This document shows, piece after piece, positions 29,101-40,259 of a stretch of DNA of 64,000 nucleotides. Below the pieces are notes generated by a model. That model was not told the origin of the DNA. It did no database searches and was given only the letters and a program-made list of their open reading frames with translations. The position numbers and the translations under genes were made by a program. Numbering within the stretch: the stretch's first letter is position 1; each line of letters opens with the position of its first letter. Source of the stretch: Phoronis australis (lineage: Eukaryota; Animalia; Phoronida). The stretch covers positions 4,385,191-4,449,190 of the forward strand of contig NMRA01000001.1 of NCBI GenBank assembly GCA_002633005.1. Direction: 5' to 3'.

Positions 29101-32100
29101 GCGCTGTGACAGGAATGCGCGTTGTGTTTACGACGATCAATCAGATGGTGTCAAGTGTGTTTGTTTAAGCGGATTCACAGGGGATGGGAAAACGTGTTCG
29201 CCAATCGGTATGTATGACCACGTCATGCCTACTGAAGTGTATGAGGCGTGGCTGTCTTAAAGATGCTCTTTCAATCCTCAGGGTAGTTGAAAATTCTTAA
29301 AAACGAGTTTAAGCCCAAACCAAATCCGTCAAAATTTAGTGCCATCCAAATCTACTGCAACTTCAAAAAAATTTTTCAAAATGCTCATAATATAGCATAG
29401 ACATTTAATTGCTGACTTTTTGATGATAAACGAATACAATGGCCTCAGAAGTGACCAGTACAGTTGATAAAAATAGTAAGAAGCGTCAGTGCATACAGGC
29501 CTGTGTTTTGCAAAATGTTTCTATTTTATTGACATCATTCGATGAGTGAAACTTTTTATGTGTTTTAAACAAGGGGAATCATATCTGAAGCACTTAATTT
29601 TGAGGGTTAGAGTATGTCTTTACCATCCGTGCCACCGTGGTCTTCCATTAGACAACAACTATTTCTGCTATTAGAATGTGCCTAGAACATGAAAACCATT
29701 GTTGTTAATTAAAACTGACAGTAAATATTACCCTGCTTTGTAAGTTGGAGAAGTGAAACTCGTCTGTTACATTGTCCACTGTTCCGTCATTTATTTCTCT
29801 GTAAACAGTTGTCTTTCTAACGACTGCTGCACTGCTATGTTCAAACTAACTGCTCACTTGTTCCCTGCTTTGTGGTAGCTTGGGTCTCTTTTTGCTTTCC
29901 ATCTGCTCGGCTAACTTGTTGCCGCTTATCTAGACTTTAGCTGTAATGATGTGAACAACTGTGACGACAATGCCGCGTGTATTCTGGATGAGCAGAGGTC
30001 AGAGTTCATGTGTGTGTGTAATGAGGGCTTCAGCGGTGATGGTGAATCGTGCACAGACACTGGCGAGAGTAAGTAACAGCCTAAATGCTGGAATCACGTT
30101 CAGGTAGCTGGCGAAACGGAGCTGAGAATTAGGCTGGTATCACCAATGCCAACATCTAGACAGAGATGAGTAAACTATTTGTAGAACTGTTGTCATCTTA
30201 AAGGATGCACTATGTTACAAACATTCCGGAAATTTCCAAAAATGTACCGGTGGATGGATATTGTTCGTAAAACGACCTTTGGAAAACGACAAATAAAATT
30301 GAATATAGGCCCAGATGTATTTTTGGAAAAAGGGCGTGTTTTCGGAAACTATGTCTAACATTTTATGATGCAATTTATAGCACATAATTATCATTACTTA
30401 AATTAAAATTTTAATTTTTGAAATAAACACGTCCTTTTTAATGTATGTGTTTAGTTTTGTTTTACTACTAGCAAAGATTTTTTTCCTTCAACAGACATAG
30501 TGTGCTCAAACTGTCCTGCTAATAGAGTTGGTTACCAAAAAAGTCACCCAATATGAATATCTCGTTAAATGATAGCTAATTGCAGTCCCAAAATATAATG
30601 TTAGTGCCAAAATAAACAAAATTTTACATCAGAGTATTTTACATTACTTATATTAGTTTGAACAATCCATCAGATTTTCAAAACAAGCAAACAGTTACTG
30701 AAAGTATGTACACTCTTTAGCGTACTCATGGCAAATTATTGGAAAATACACCATGGGCCTTCTTCAGAAATTCCCAGATAGATATACTATTAGAGATTCT
30801 TGTTGGATGCACTGATAATTTGCGATTGTTTTTAGCTGTGACATTTACGAGACCAAAGGAAACAAATCAATTGTACAATTATTTATTTATTTGTTGTTTG
30901 AGTTCTTTTGGGTTGTAAGAACAGACATGATGTTATTGCAATATGTTTTCAAGTTATTAGCGATAGTGCATTCATTTATGATAATGTGTTTGTGATAGTT
31001 TTTGTTTGGTGCTTTAATAGGCCTGGAATGCGAAATACCTTTTAAACAGGTCATGGCAATTCTACTTCTTGGGGATGGTGACATAAGAGTTATTCACTTT
31101 GAATATTGCAAGAATTTGTAGAAATAATTTCAGATTCACTATTTTTGAAACACAGACGAAATATAAACTCTTTTATCCCATTACAGTTTTCAAATTCACC
31201 ACCCCTAATATATATCCGCGCATGGGCTCACAGAGTTGTCCAGTAAACATTTCCCTAGTCGCCAATGTTTTGTTTACTTCAAAGGTCACATTTTTCATGC
31301 TGGAAAAATGCTACGTCTATGTCTTGTCATACCAAGCAAGGAAACATGCTTTCCCTTGATGGAGAAAAATGAATGAAGTGACAAGCAGTTGTCATTCCAT
31401 TTTCTTAGAATTTGAAAAATGTTTTGACATCAACAGAAATTCAAAATCTTTACGGACAAACTGTAAAAATACCTGGTGAACAGTTTGATCTCTGTTTTCG
31501 TGGTATAGAACCACTGTTTTTCGCATTCTACGCCACTTAAATGTTTAAAAATAGTTTTTCTTTTTTAGTTTTCTTTAATACTTAACTTGCCAATGGAGCA
31601 TTGTTCTAGATTAATATAGTCATTTGATTCGAACAAGGCCGATTACTAGTCCAGTTGTACTAAACCAGAGCCCAGTCTGGCCTCTTTTTCATAATGTGAG
31701 TTAACACCCTGTCACTGCACCTCACTTGCCAGATGTTATGTAATGCACTGCAACTGGTTCACTGTTTTCGGGTTTCCTCATTGTTTTCCATGCTTTGCTT
31801 GTCAAACACCGTGTGTTACTTTCTTCCAGCTCAAATTAACTGTAATAAGTGTGATGCCAATGCGCAATGTATTTATGACGTTGTAAATTTAATCCACCGC
31901 TGCCAATGTAAGGAGGGCTACTCAGGGGACGGGTATACATGCTCAGAGCTAGGTAAGGCTGTGTCACTTCTGCAGACTTCTTGGCTTCGTTTTAGCACCT
32001 GTTTCTGCTGGCAGCTTTGGTTGTTTTTGTTTGGACAATTTGTTAAATATACAATGTTAACGAATCTATTTCTGGTATTGAGAACACATCAAGTGATTAG

Positions 32101-35100
32101 TTATTCTTCTTTCTTCTTGTTTAAATCTTGACTCTTGTCTGCAGCTTCACTTCTGTTACTGACAAAGTTCATTCAACTACGATTTGCTACGTCGACCACT
32201 TTACTAATGAGTATGTAAAGTGTTTTGCTTATTCAAATAAATAACTGTTTATTTTCCTAAGCTGGGACCACATGTGAAACGCTGCGCTGTGACACCAATG
32301 CTAGGTGTGTGTACAATGAAGGGAGACAAGCCTACGAGTGTCGCTGCACAAGGGGTTTCCAAGGAGATGGCTTCACGTGTGAACAGCGAACATGCGACAA
32401 TGATCGTTCGATCTGTTCATCAAACGGGGCTTGTTTGTTTGACGGCTCCAAGTATGTCTGTCGTTGTCAGCGAGGTTTCAGAGGTGGGTGCATGCAAATG
32501 CCATCAAATTGAACTTGTATGTGAATACAAAGCGATAATTTTTCTTTGTGAACACAAAGCCATATCTGTTCAAAGATTGTTTAGCTCAATAAGGGCTGTT
32601 CCATTTTGAATTGATGAAAACAAAGTAATCTTTCTCTTAGTCATTTTGAATCCCATTGGAAAGTTTCGTTAGGAATATGCTAACGTTTGTTTATGAAGCC
32701 CAAGACTCTATTGCAAGTTTTGTCTGTGCTTATTGTAATTTTCTGTATTGCTTAACTCTTGCCAGTCGGCAAGATCCGAGTGAAGTGATTATTATAGCCC
32801 TTTGACCTGGTGATTTGCGGTGCCCCCTGGTGTTGTCTGAACTTTCCTCAGTGGTATCATTCTCTTACAATTTAACTATTCTGTCGATTGGTTAGGTGAT
32901 GGCTTCCGCTGTGAACCGTACGGCTGTGATGAGCAGAACTATTGCCACAGAAATGGCGAGTGTGTCGAACTTATCCCCGGACGACACGAGTGCCGGTGTA
33001 AACCAGGCTACAGAGGCGATGGTATCCGCTGCGGTAAGATCTGTTCAACTGGCAAAAGCATAGATTGCAAGCCATTGTTAGGCACCGATGACAGAGTTAA
33101 TTTACTTTATCTGAGAATCAAGTCACTTGTAACCTGAATATGGAACAGTTTGAGAGCAGTGCTTGTGTATGTGGTGTTTTTTCGTGAATACATTTCTAAG
33201 TTATTGCCTAGCGTGTCCCGACGACACGATAGAGTTACATTTGATGTGAATAAGGTGGTCACGTGACATTGTTACTGTTGTAGAAGCTTCCACTTGCAAT
33301 ATCGTCAACAACTGTGACTCTAATGCGGATTGTATATCGACCCCGGAGGGGTACAAGTGTCGCTGCCGGCGCAACTATCAGGGAGATGGGTTCAGTTGCA
33401 CACCCATTGGTAAGGATGTTATGTTTGCTGTAGGTCTGTCTGCATTAATAATTAGAATTAATGCTCGATGTCTTAATTAGACATTTATTCACATCCGTTA
33501 TGTCTGGTTGAGTATATACCCTGGTATAAGTGTACCCTGACAATACGAAGATGACTTTCCATGATACAACAGATAACAAAAGCTGCAATCTGTAGAGCAA
33601 GTTTCTTGTGAGAATTAAGAGAGATGCAAGACACAAAATCACTCCCCAGTGTTAACTCGACTGAAAGGCAAGTGTCTTGCAAGTAAGTTTTGGCCTAGCG
33701 GATATTGGTGTAAACAATTGAAAATGGCCGCCACTGAAATACTGGTTGGTGATGGAATATTGAATGGGCGAAAATATACAGTTGAGTCAAAAGTGCTCGC
33801 CACAGTTGTCTCACAAGTGCTTGCATTTGTGGAATGCATCAATGTTTTGGGTGATTTGTTCATCTAAAGCAAAGCAGATGCCCCTGTTTTGGGCGGTTTA
33901 TTGATCTGAGGCAAAATGATTGTCGATCTCTAGATCTACAATTTGGAATTGATGCTACATGTTTCTTCTCATGTCATTACACGTGGATGTGTTCGTACTT
34001 AAACTCTCAAAATAATAACATTTTATGTCGTAACAACTTTAATTTTAGCTGGCCCAAGCTGCCTGACACGACCTGACCTCTGTGATCGTAATGCTGCCTG
34101 TGAGCTGCAGAGAAACCAGTATGTGTGTGTCTGCGGAAGTGGTTACCGTGGTGATGGTCGTTACTGCTCGCCATCCAGAGCTGGTGAGAGCTACCTGCTC
34201 TTCGCGCAAGGGGGATCCGTTACTCGTCTTCCATTCAGTCCCACCGCTGGCAACCAAGGCGGACCAATCATAATGAGCCCAGGTAGGACCAGAGCAAATT
34301 TATGTAAACTACGTAACTCTATGTATTCAGCTGTGTTCCGTAGACCTATGCCATTAGGTGCTCTATCTTATTTCACCACCAGTAACTATTATTGCTTCTT
34401 ATCGGTCGGGATTACAATAATCAGCTACCACGGTGCTTGGGTTTTTGTGCTTCTTTCATTTGGGGTCTAGGCCTTAGGAACAGAGACGGGTGCCGAAATA
34501 TTACCGCTGCTTGTTCGTGGCTGCGTTCTTCCCCACTGCAGACTGTACAAACTAAAGCAAACTTTTCATTGTTTGAAGGATAAAAGGAAACAAAATAACG
34601 CACATTGTTACTGCTGTTCCTTTGTCGATTAATGTCCTAGTCTCTGCTGATATTCTGTCTGAGCACCAAAATGAGGCGACTTGACTTAAAGCTGCATTTC
34701 ACCCTGTTTAGATGGCGACAAAAACAAGATTAAATCAGTTCATTCAGTCTCATAGAATCGTTCTGATGATAATCCTTCCCATGATAGGATTCTGTTTCAG
34801 TTACCAACAAAAACATCAAAACCATCAGCGACTCAAAAAAAAAAGTGATCCAGAGCTATTGGGGTTGGCTGACAAAAATTTCGAATTCTGTACGCATTGC
34901 CTATGACTTGAGTTGGTACTGGAAATACATGCAGGCTCGTCACAGCAAGTAAAATTAGGAGACCAATTTTATGAGAGTAAAATGCCTTATTCTATTTTCA
35001 TTTTTCAATCGGCTAAGCAGCGCGAAATGTAGCTATATCGTTCATAGGCCCCCCCCCCCAGCTGCATATTCCAGCTATGTCCAGTGATCTAAATTAAGAG

Positions 35101-38100
35101 TTATTTTTGATGGAAACCAAGTTTATAGCAGCCCTCTGGCATAATTGTTCTTGCATTGATGTCGTGGACTATTGAGATGCAGTTATTTCTATCCAATTTT
35201 AAATTTGTGAAATAAAACAAAGTCTCTTTTTCAGGTGAAACGTTTGTTGGACTTGACGTTGATTGTCGCAAGAACTACGTCTTCTGGTCTGACGTAGCCC
35301 AGGGCACCATCAGCCGAGCCCGGTTAGATGGATCAGAGAAACAAATTATTGTTAAAGGTAAGAAGGTGTGTGGACATTTGTTGCTCCACCAACTGTTCTT
35401 AATTGTTATATTTTTCAGTGGCATGGCATTGTAAATAGAAATTTAATTAAGGTAACAACGTTCAAGAAACAGAATTGGACAATTTAACCAATAGTTGTAA
35501 ACCTAAAATATCTGCAAAGGGAGTTCATCATCAGTTTGTAAGGGCTATACCATGAAGTAGTCAATATGATATATTATATATATTATTACATGACCACTAA
35601 TACTTCTGTTGTCTGATTAGCTAAAACTCACTGCACGAAATTCTGTTATGTGGTGAAGTTGATCAACTAGCTGTGGAATACCGCTTTTTGTCCATGTCAC
35701 CATACGACCAACTGAAGACTGCAGATGCTATAAATACTCCTGACCTTGTAACCAAAGCGAGCACACAATGACAGTGGATCAAAGCAGGCATTGTCACATG
35801 GGCCTCGGAAGAGCAATGTTGCACTCGGTCTTTGGCAACATTGGTCTTCATATGACCCGATATCACTCTCGGGATCTATCCATGTTTGTCTAACATAATA
35901 TAATAGATATTATGTAATATTAGGTGCAAGCTTTGAGTCCTTGTAGAAGCTCGATGATTCAGTGATAAAAATAATGATGTGTTTCTCAACAAATGGCAGA
36001 CCTCCCTCGTCTGACGCCTGCACTCTTTGTTTTCATCAGGGCTTGGCTCTCCTGAGGGATTAGCAGTAGACTGGTTGTCACGAAACATCTATTGGACTGA
36101 CTCGGACACTGACACGATAGAGGTGGCAAAGGTGGATGGAACTAACCGGAAAGTGTTGTTTAAAGATGACCTGTCTGAGCCTCGGGCCATTGTTGTCCAC
36201 CCTAGCGACGGGTATGTATGGATTGGCAGGAACTCGCCTTCATGTTAAAAATAATGTACGACTTTGTGAAGTGATGAATGTATATGTGCGAATTGACCTC
36301 AAGTTGTTCTTGTGTCTTTAGGCCAACTACTTCCAGTCTCATCATTGTTGCTGAATATTCCTTGTTTTTTATTTCATTTCGGTATGAATAGTACAATAGT
36401 GTTTTTACCTGCTTATTGGTTTCGGCAGTCATCTGAATTTTCATATAGCAAAACCAAAATCTGATGTCCATGAATGAAGAAATTAGGGATATTCCATGGC
36501 TAAGCTTGGTCAACATTACCCTATAATGGAAGAGAGGACAGAAGTCAGTGGTCGACGACCACTGATCGTGCAATAATTTATCATAACGAAAGTCACTGCA
36601 TTACCTTGTAGCTAGTCAGAGGACACAGGTATCAGTGCCAGGGTTAGTAATAGAATATATTACATAAAATGTAATAAAAATGAATAATTGAGATGAATGA
36701 ATGAATGAAATGGGACATTTTGTTAAACATGACATTCCATTTCCACTCAAAAACCTTAATGACAGTCTCTCCAATGGTGGAGGAAGTCAGATCTAGCATC
36801 ACGTAGCAATTAGTACAAACTTAGGGAAGTATGAATTATGAACAACGTCCTGTGAGCAAAATTCAGGCATCGTATTCATATTACACAACACAAAATACAT
36901 ACAATAAAATTGCCCCATACTTTGTCTCCCTCAAGACATCGTCGGGGATGATCGTTAAAACGTGATCACACAACAATTGATGAATGAATGAATGTGGTCA
37001 TCAATGTCTAGTCAACACTGCTTTCATTGTCTACATTTCAGCAAAATATATTGGACGGACTGGGACCGCAAGAAACCCAAAATTGAAGTGGCGGATACCA
37101 ATGGTGAAAACCGTCGAGTGTTGATAAGTGAGGCACTGAAACTACCAAATGGTTTGAACCTCGACTATAACAGACGAGAACTGTGTTGGACTGATGCAGG
37201 TATATGTCATTAATGTCGTTAATTTACTGTGATTAAAGTTTCAATTTCATCTCCAAAACACTAAAAACCAACCTCACCAGTTGATCAGCTGTCAATTTAG
37301 AACACCGGGAAACACTATCTGACGATATGTTAATTAGCCAATCTTGAATTCCGAGCATTTATTGGTCGATACATACTACGCAGAATTGAGACAACCAATC
37401 ACATCATTAGTCATCCTCCATTTTTATGTTTAGTGTGAAAAGTCGTAAGGTATTGCTGCTTGGTTTCTAGTGGTTTATGGTATAGTAAGGAATGGCGAGG
37501 CGTTGCATTTGTGGTGGTTGAGAAGTCAGTATTTGAGCACCATATATTACTCTCTTAATTTTCCTGTGGCACATGAGAGAAGTGCGAGTTTGTACAAGAA
37601 ACTCGCATGTTGGTGGTCACCAGCGCTGGGTAGGTTCCTATGTTGCACACATGTCCGTGGAGCTAAAGAACCTTGTGTTGAAGTCCCTTTTATTTTCTTG
37701 TTTTGGGTTATTTAATCCACACTTGTGATATATAGTGCTGTAAAGAAAGGTTTATTGATGATGACAAGGTAGTCACTTGTCAAAAAAGTACAGTACGGTG
37801 GTCTTAAGCACTTTAAGCGTTATTTATGTCAGGTGCCAGTAAACTGGCAAAGTGTACCTGTTATTGCATTATTTTAGTTTCTCAGATGAAATTCTGTGAT
37901 GAAGCATGGGATGAAGCAACATGGTATTAAAATATCATTTGATTCAGGTGAGGGCCATAATAGAGATGGGGAGGGTAACGTGAAATTGGTGTCATCGTGG
38001 TGACTGGGTGTGGTCAGGCAAAAAGTCGGTCTATGCGCAACTGAATTGTGTGCACCATGTATGTGACGTAATCTACATCAGTGACGTTTGCCAAAACAGA

Positions 38101-39732
38101 AAAAAATCTCATGAGCACTTATTTCAAACATTTGAGCATTAATGCTCACCACGTCGTGTGAACACTCATTTTACTCAGGTATAAATGATTTCCGAAATGT
38201 GAACATTCAAATGTCACTCTATCTTTTTCCTACACTCCCGTTTCAGGAATCCACAGCATTGAGTGTGCAGACCTCCAAGGCAACAACCGGCGCACTGTGT
38301 ACGAGTCCGCCTTCTATCCGTTTGGCATTACAAAGTCAAATGACGCCCTCTACTGGACAGATTGGAACATGTAATGTCAACCATACACTAATCTGTTATG
38401 GATCACTAATCACTGGCGTACCCACAGTAGGGGGGCTATCACTGGCGTACACACAAGAGGGGGGCACAATAGGGACCATGGTGCCCCTCCTGGTAGAAGC
38501 TCATATCAATTTGGCATTTTGCTTTCTCCGTTCATTGCAAAGTGCTCCTAGGTTGTCACTATCTTTAATCAGACCCTCAAAGAATACACCAGGCTATGCC
38601 AGTGCTGGTCACGATATAATTAGTGAAGAGCCATCAAGTTCAAGATCACCGTTACGCTCATGCTTTTTTCCCCCTTAACACTGATATATTCTTGCAGTTC
38701 CAGATGAAAAAGATTGACAGTTTTCTATAGTGTTTCTGTCCTGTTAAAGTGGGACTTATGTGCAGTGAAGCTCACGAGTTATCAAAATAGAACTCTGAGA
38801 TTTGACACAATACAACACCATAGAAATTGAGAAATAATGTTTTATGAACTGAATTATAGGTATCTAGAGCTAAAAGAAACTAAGTGTAGTTGGGTAAGGT
38901 GATATTTGGAATTCGTTTAGAAAAGAATTCTAAATTTTCATCACAAACTGTTGCCTTGTTTAATGCGTATTTGTGTTTAACCCTTCTACTCAGAATTTGT
39001 TTCAGAACTCGTAATTATCTCAATTGTTTTCCCGTAAATATGTCATTACTGAAGGTAAGGTGCAGTGTCACTGAGTAAATGTCCAGGTATTTGTTAAAAA
39101 TAGCTCATCCTTTTTATGTTACAGAAAAAGCGTACAGAATATAAACAGCAACGGTGGTGAACCGAGCACTCCGTTACCATTCCCACCTGGTGGCAAAGGT
39201 CGGCCACACGCGATCAAAGCTGTGCCTATTGACTGTCCAAGAGGTAGCACCTACTAACATTAACTGCTAATGTTAAATGTGCAGCCCATAGCATACAATA
39301 TATGGAGACACCATAATAAAAGCTGGTGGTGCAGACAGGTCGTCACTCACATATAGAACTAATTGACCACTTTTAAATGGACATGAAAAATACCATGGCT
39401 AAAAACCCGTGATTTTTGACATTGCAAATTAATGTTTTCAGTTAGAATGGGCATTTTTACTCTGTATCCACAGCCCGTGTTGTTAAGTTTTCCCCGAGCC
39501 TACGGTTGGTTCTGGGGCTAACCTCGATTCAGTAGTCTTAGCTATTCACGCATTACTAAATGACTTTTTTGTTGATGTAAACTGTTACATTACAGCTGTT
39601 GGAACCAATGCCTGTGCCTACAACAATGGCGGTTGCAAGTTCTTGTGTCTTCCCGACGGTCACCGTGGTAGCACGTGCGCGTGCCCTGACGATGTGGAGG
39701 AAGCGGCATGCAATGAAATTGTAAAAGTATGA
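1952..39732 (+). CDS. NID: Nidogen (entactin), complete 24-exon gene, co-orthologue of vertebrate NID1/NID2; 3774 nt CDS, 1257 aa
   Basis: Hand-spliced exons, all GT-AG and phase-consistent: 1952-2149, 16862-17007, 20098-20239, 21261-21466, 23736-23836, 24136-24267, 24434-24667, 25254-25463, 26462-26677, 28194-28313, 28637-28765, 29079-29207, 29934-30068, 31830-31952, 32262-32483, 32896-33033, 33284-33409, 34049-34282, 35235-35357, 36040-36211, 37042-37199, 38247-38370, 39125-39243, 39596-39732. The order signal peptide, NIDO ([20 protein letters not shown]), EGF with FCCQC, G2 (IGWLFA, NGYMLTGG), EGF rod, YWTD repeats, terminal EGF is diagnostic of nidogen. Confidence 0.96.
4922..5079 (+). 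mobile_element. tRNA-derived SINE, copy 1
   Basis: A box TGGCCTAGTGG, B box GGTTCGAATTC; the body AAAATGGTTCCACGTG.TCAGTGCAATGGGCCCAC is shared with 6957-7157. Confidence 0.75.
6440..6770 (+). repeat. Dispersed repeat, second copy at about 31190-31515
   Basis: Collinear shared blocks such as GCTACGTCT.TGTCTTG.CATACCAA and ATCAACAGAAATT...CTTTACG...GTAAAAATAC.TGGTGA. Confidence 0.75.
6957..7157 (+). mobile_element. tRNA-derived SINE, copy 2
   Basis: TGGCCTAGAGG and GGTTCAAATC boxes; same body as 4922-5079. Confidence 0.75.
9263..9759 (+). mobile_element. Degenerate L1/Tx1-clade non-LTR retrotransposon RT fragment
   Basis: Frameshifted motifs [34 protein letters not shown] and TQYADDTT. Confidence 0.9.
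11713..11805. repeat. Compound (CCA/CCG/CTA)n microsatellite
   Basis: Directly visible trinucleotide run. Confidence 0.9.
12445..13455. mobile_element. Non-autonomous DNA transposon with G-rich ends and a 5-bp TSD
   Basis: Ends CAGTGGCGGA...TCCGCCCATG; GACGC duplicated at 12440-12444 and 13456-13460; contains a gap and the 12812-13115 palindrome. Confidence 0.8.
12812..13115. repeat. Perfect 145-bp-arm palindrome (fold-back element)
   Basis: 12812-12956 is the reverse complement of 12971-13115 around a 14-nt loop; the left end abuts an N gap. Confidence 0.92.
13456..13895. repeat. Minisatellite, about 40-bp unit
   Basis: Repeated GGGACGTCCCCTGTGGTCATTA.TCAAGGGACGAATGGAGT-like units; one unit also lies left of the MITE at about 12410-12444. 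Confidence 0.85.
16862..17007 (+). CDS. NID: Nidogen exon 2 (NIDO)
   Basis: INLNGFISF...[20 protein letters not shown]; ttccAG acceptor, GTAAGC donor; absent from the ORF track. Confidence 0.95.
17905..18141. mobile_element. Two abutting copies of a short MITE end forming an imperfect palindrome
   Basis: CGTTCAGTA(G)ACGCT.GGAC termini at about 17910 (+), 18048 (-) and 18062 (+); arms about 17970-18050 and 18060-18141. Confidence 0.7.
18190..18367 (+). repeat. Dispersed repeat, second copy at about 47596-47738
   Basis: Shared ACTTCCTGTTGTAATTT, GGCAAAT.CACTGATT and CCAAAGGTA.TAAATCTAGGAAAA blocks. Confidence 0.75.
18379..19267. mobile_element. Non-autonomous DNA transposon with G-rich ends and a 5-bp TSD (same type as 12445-13455)
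   Basis: Ends CAGTGGCGGATCTAGG...CCTAAATCCGCCTATG; TGTCT duplicated at 18374-18378 and 19268-19272; internal gap. Confidence 0.82.
20098..20239 (+). CDS. NID: Nidogen exon 3 (NIDO)
   Basis: ETTDRKLL...[18 protein letters not shown]; phase 2 in, phase 0 out. Confidence 0.94.
21261..21466 (+). CDS. NID: Nidogen exon 4 (NIDO)
   Basis: [27 protein letters not shown]...SKMT; canonical splice sites. Confidence 0.94.
23736..23836 (+). CDS. NID: Nidogen exon 5 (NIDO end)
   Basis: [15 protein letters not shown]..., the NIDO C-terminal motif; donor GTGAGT. Confidence 0.93.
24136..24267 (+). CDS. NID: Nidogen exon 6 (EGF1)
   Basis: [33 protein letters not shown]; tandem CAGCAG acceptor, so the start could also be 24139. 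Confidence 0.92.
24434..24667 (+). CDS. NID: Nidogen exon 7 (G2 domain)
   Basis: [13 protein letters not shown]...[12 protein letters not shown]...IGWLFA...NGYMLT. Confidence 0.95.
24755..25187. mobile_element. MITE with TACGGTGGCCCAA TIRs and a 6-bp TSD (IS3EU-like)
   Basis: TACGGTGGCCCAAAGATGACATT...AATGTCATCCTTGGGCCACTGTA; CTTTTC on both sides; the interior consists of short TTTCTC...GAAAA repeats. Confidence 0.82.
25254..25463 (+). CDS. NID: Nidogen exon 8 (G2 domain)
   Basis: [17 protein letters not shown]...EEDYYESSP; phase 1-1. Confidence 0.94.
25717..26409. mobile_element. Fold-back MITE at a TTAA site (Kolobok-like)
   Basis: TTAA-AGGTT start; arms are imperfectly inverted over about 300 bp (e.g. 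AATATGCTTCTTAC / GTAAGAAGCATATT, GCTGTTAGGAATTT / AATTCCTAACAGC). Confidence 0.72.
26462..26677 (+). CDS. NID: Nidogen exon 9 (G2 domain end)
   Basis: [10 protein letters not shown]...QTITYNPC...[14 protein letters not shown]; phase 1-1. Confidence 0.94.
28194..28313 (+). CDS. NID: Nidogen exon 10 (rod EGF)
   Basis: [15 protein letters not shown]...[16 protein letters not shown]. Confidence 0.94.
28637..28765 (+). CDS. NID: Nidogen exon 11 (calcium-binding EGF)
   Basis: DIDEC...[23 protein letters not shown]. Confidence 0.94.
29079..29207 (+). CDS. NID: Nidogen exon 12 (rod EGF)
   Basis: [12 protein letters not shown]...[14 protein letters not shown]. Confidence 0.93.
29934..30068 (+). CDS. 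NID: Nidogen exon 13 (rod EGF)
   Basis: [13 protein letters not shown]...[14 protein letters not shown]; donor GTAAGT; absent from the ORF track. Confidence 0.93.
30202..30506. mobile_element. Degenerate MITE
   Basis: TTAA-AGGATGCACTATGT ... ACATAGTGTGCTC inverted ends. Confidence 0.55.
31830..31952 (+). CDS. NID: Nidogen exon 14 (rod EGF)
   Basis: [10 protein letters not shown]...[14 protein letters not shown]. Confidence 0.93.
32262..32483 (+). CDS. NID: Nidogen exon 15 (one EGF and most of a second)
   Basis: [12 protein letters not shown]...GFQGDGFTC...CSSNGAC...CRCQRGFR; AAG acceptor, GTGGGT donor. Confidence 0.91.
32896..33033 (+). CDS. NID: Nidogen exon 16 (EGF end plus one EGF)
   Basis: GDGFRC completes the exon-15 EGF; then [13 protein letters not shown]...[14 protein letters not shown]. 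Confidence 0.93.
33284..33409 (+). CDS. NID: Nidogen exon 17 (rod EGF)
   Basis: [13 protein letters not shown]...[16 protein letters not shown]. Confidence 0.93.
34049..34282 (+). CDS. NID: Nidogen exon 18 (last rod EGF, start of G3)
   Basis: [14 protein letters not shown]...GYRGDGRYC...[10 protein letters not shown]. Confidence 0.94.
35235..35357 (+). CDS. NID: Nidogen exon 19 (YWTD repeat)
   Basis: [31 protein letters not shown]. Confidence 0.94.
36040..36211 (+). CDS. NID: Nidogen exon 20 (YWTD repeat)
   Basis: [21 protein letters not shown]...PRAIVVHP. Confidence 0.95.
37042..37199 (+). CDS. NID: Nidogen exon 21 (YWTD repeats)
   Basis: [15 protein letters not shown]...LPNGL...LCWTDA. 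Confidence 0.95.
38247..38370 (+). CDS. NID: Nidogen exon 22 (YWTD repeat)
   Basis: [14 protein letters not shown]...YPFGI...LYWTDW. Confidence 0.94.
39125..39243 (+). CDS. NID: Nidogen exon 23
   Basis: KSVQNIN...[18 protein letters not shown]; phase 2 in, phase 1 out. Confidence 0.91.
39596..39732 (+). CDS. NID: Nidogen exon 24 (terminal EGF, stop)
   Basis: [16 protein letters not shown]...TCACPD...EIVKV then TGA at 39730-39732. Confidence 0.94.
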
Positions 39733-40253
39733 ACAGAGATGGTTGCTATGGAGTATCCTGGGAAGGGATGAAAGGAGACAATCGTGACAAACTGTACAAA
39801 CTGCTTTGTCTTTTTTTTTACAATTTTGTAGTTAATTTTTTGTTTTATACGCTCAGTATATGACATGAAAATGCATTTTATTACTCAGTCTTTTGTACTA
39901 TTTCCTGATTTTACTGTAATGCTGCCTCATTTGCTCAATTTTATCAATCAACCAAGTGTGTTTGATGCCTTCAAACTATTACCAAATACCTGTCCGTTAT
40001 GGTATCACCCGTCCTTATTTAACCTTAATAATTTAGATCCTTCCACGACTCCACCAACTGTAGCCACCAGTACTTAACTTTGTTATTTATTAGCTGCCAC
40101 AAGTTGATATCTATATAAGGTTTAGCCTTGATTTGAGAATTATTACATGCAGGCTACAAGACACTGATGTTATTGAAGTTGCAGACCAAACAAGTATTAC
40201 TGTGTATGTAACAGTCCATAATGGTCGCTATGCATGGACCTCGTTTATCTAGT

Positions 40254-40259
40254 AATAAA
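40254..40259 (+). terminator. Probable nidogen polyadenylation signal
   Basis: First AATAAA I found after the stop codon (about 520 nt downstream), followed by T/GT-rich CTGTTTTGTTTG at 40281-40292. Confidence 0.7.

Noticed and set aside
38666-38697. U12-like branch sequence TCCCCTTAAC before a CAG in nidogen intron 22
   Set aside because: The intron donor is U2-type (GTAATG), and exons 22 and 23 already join in frame.
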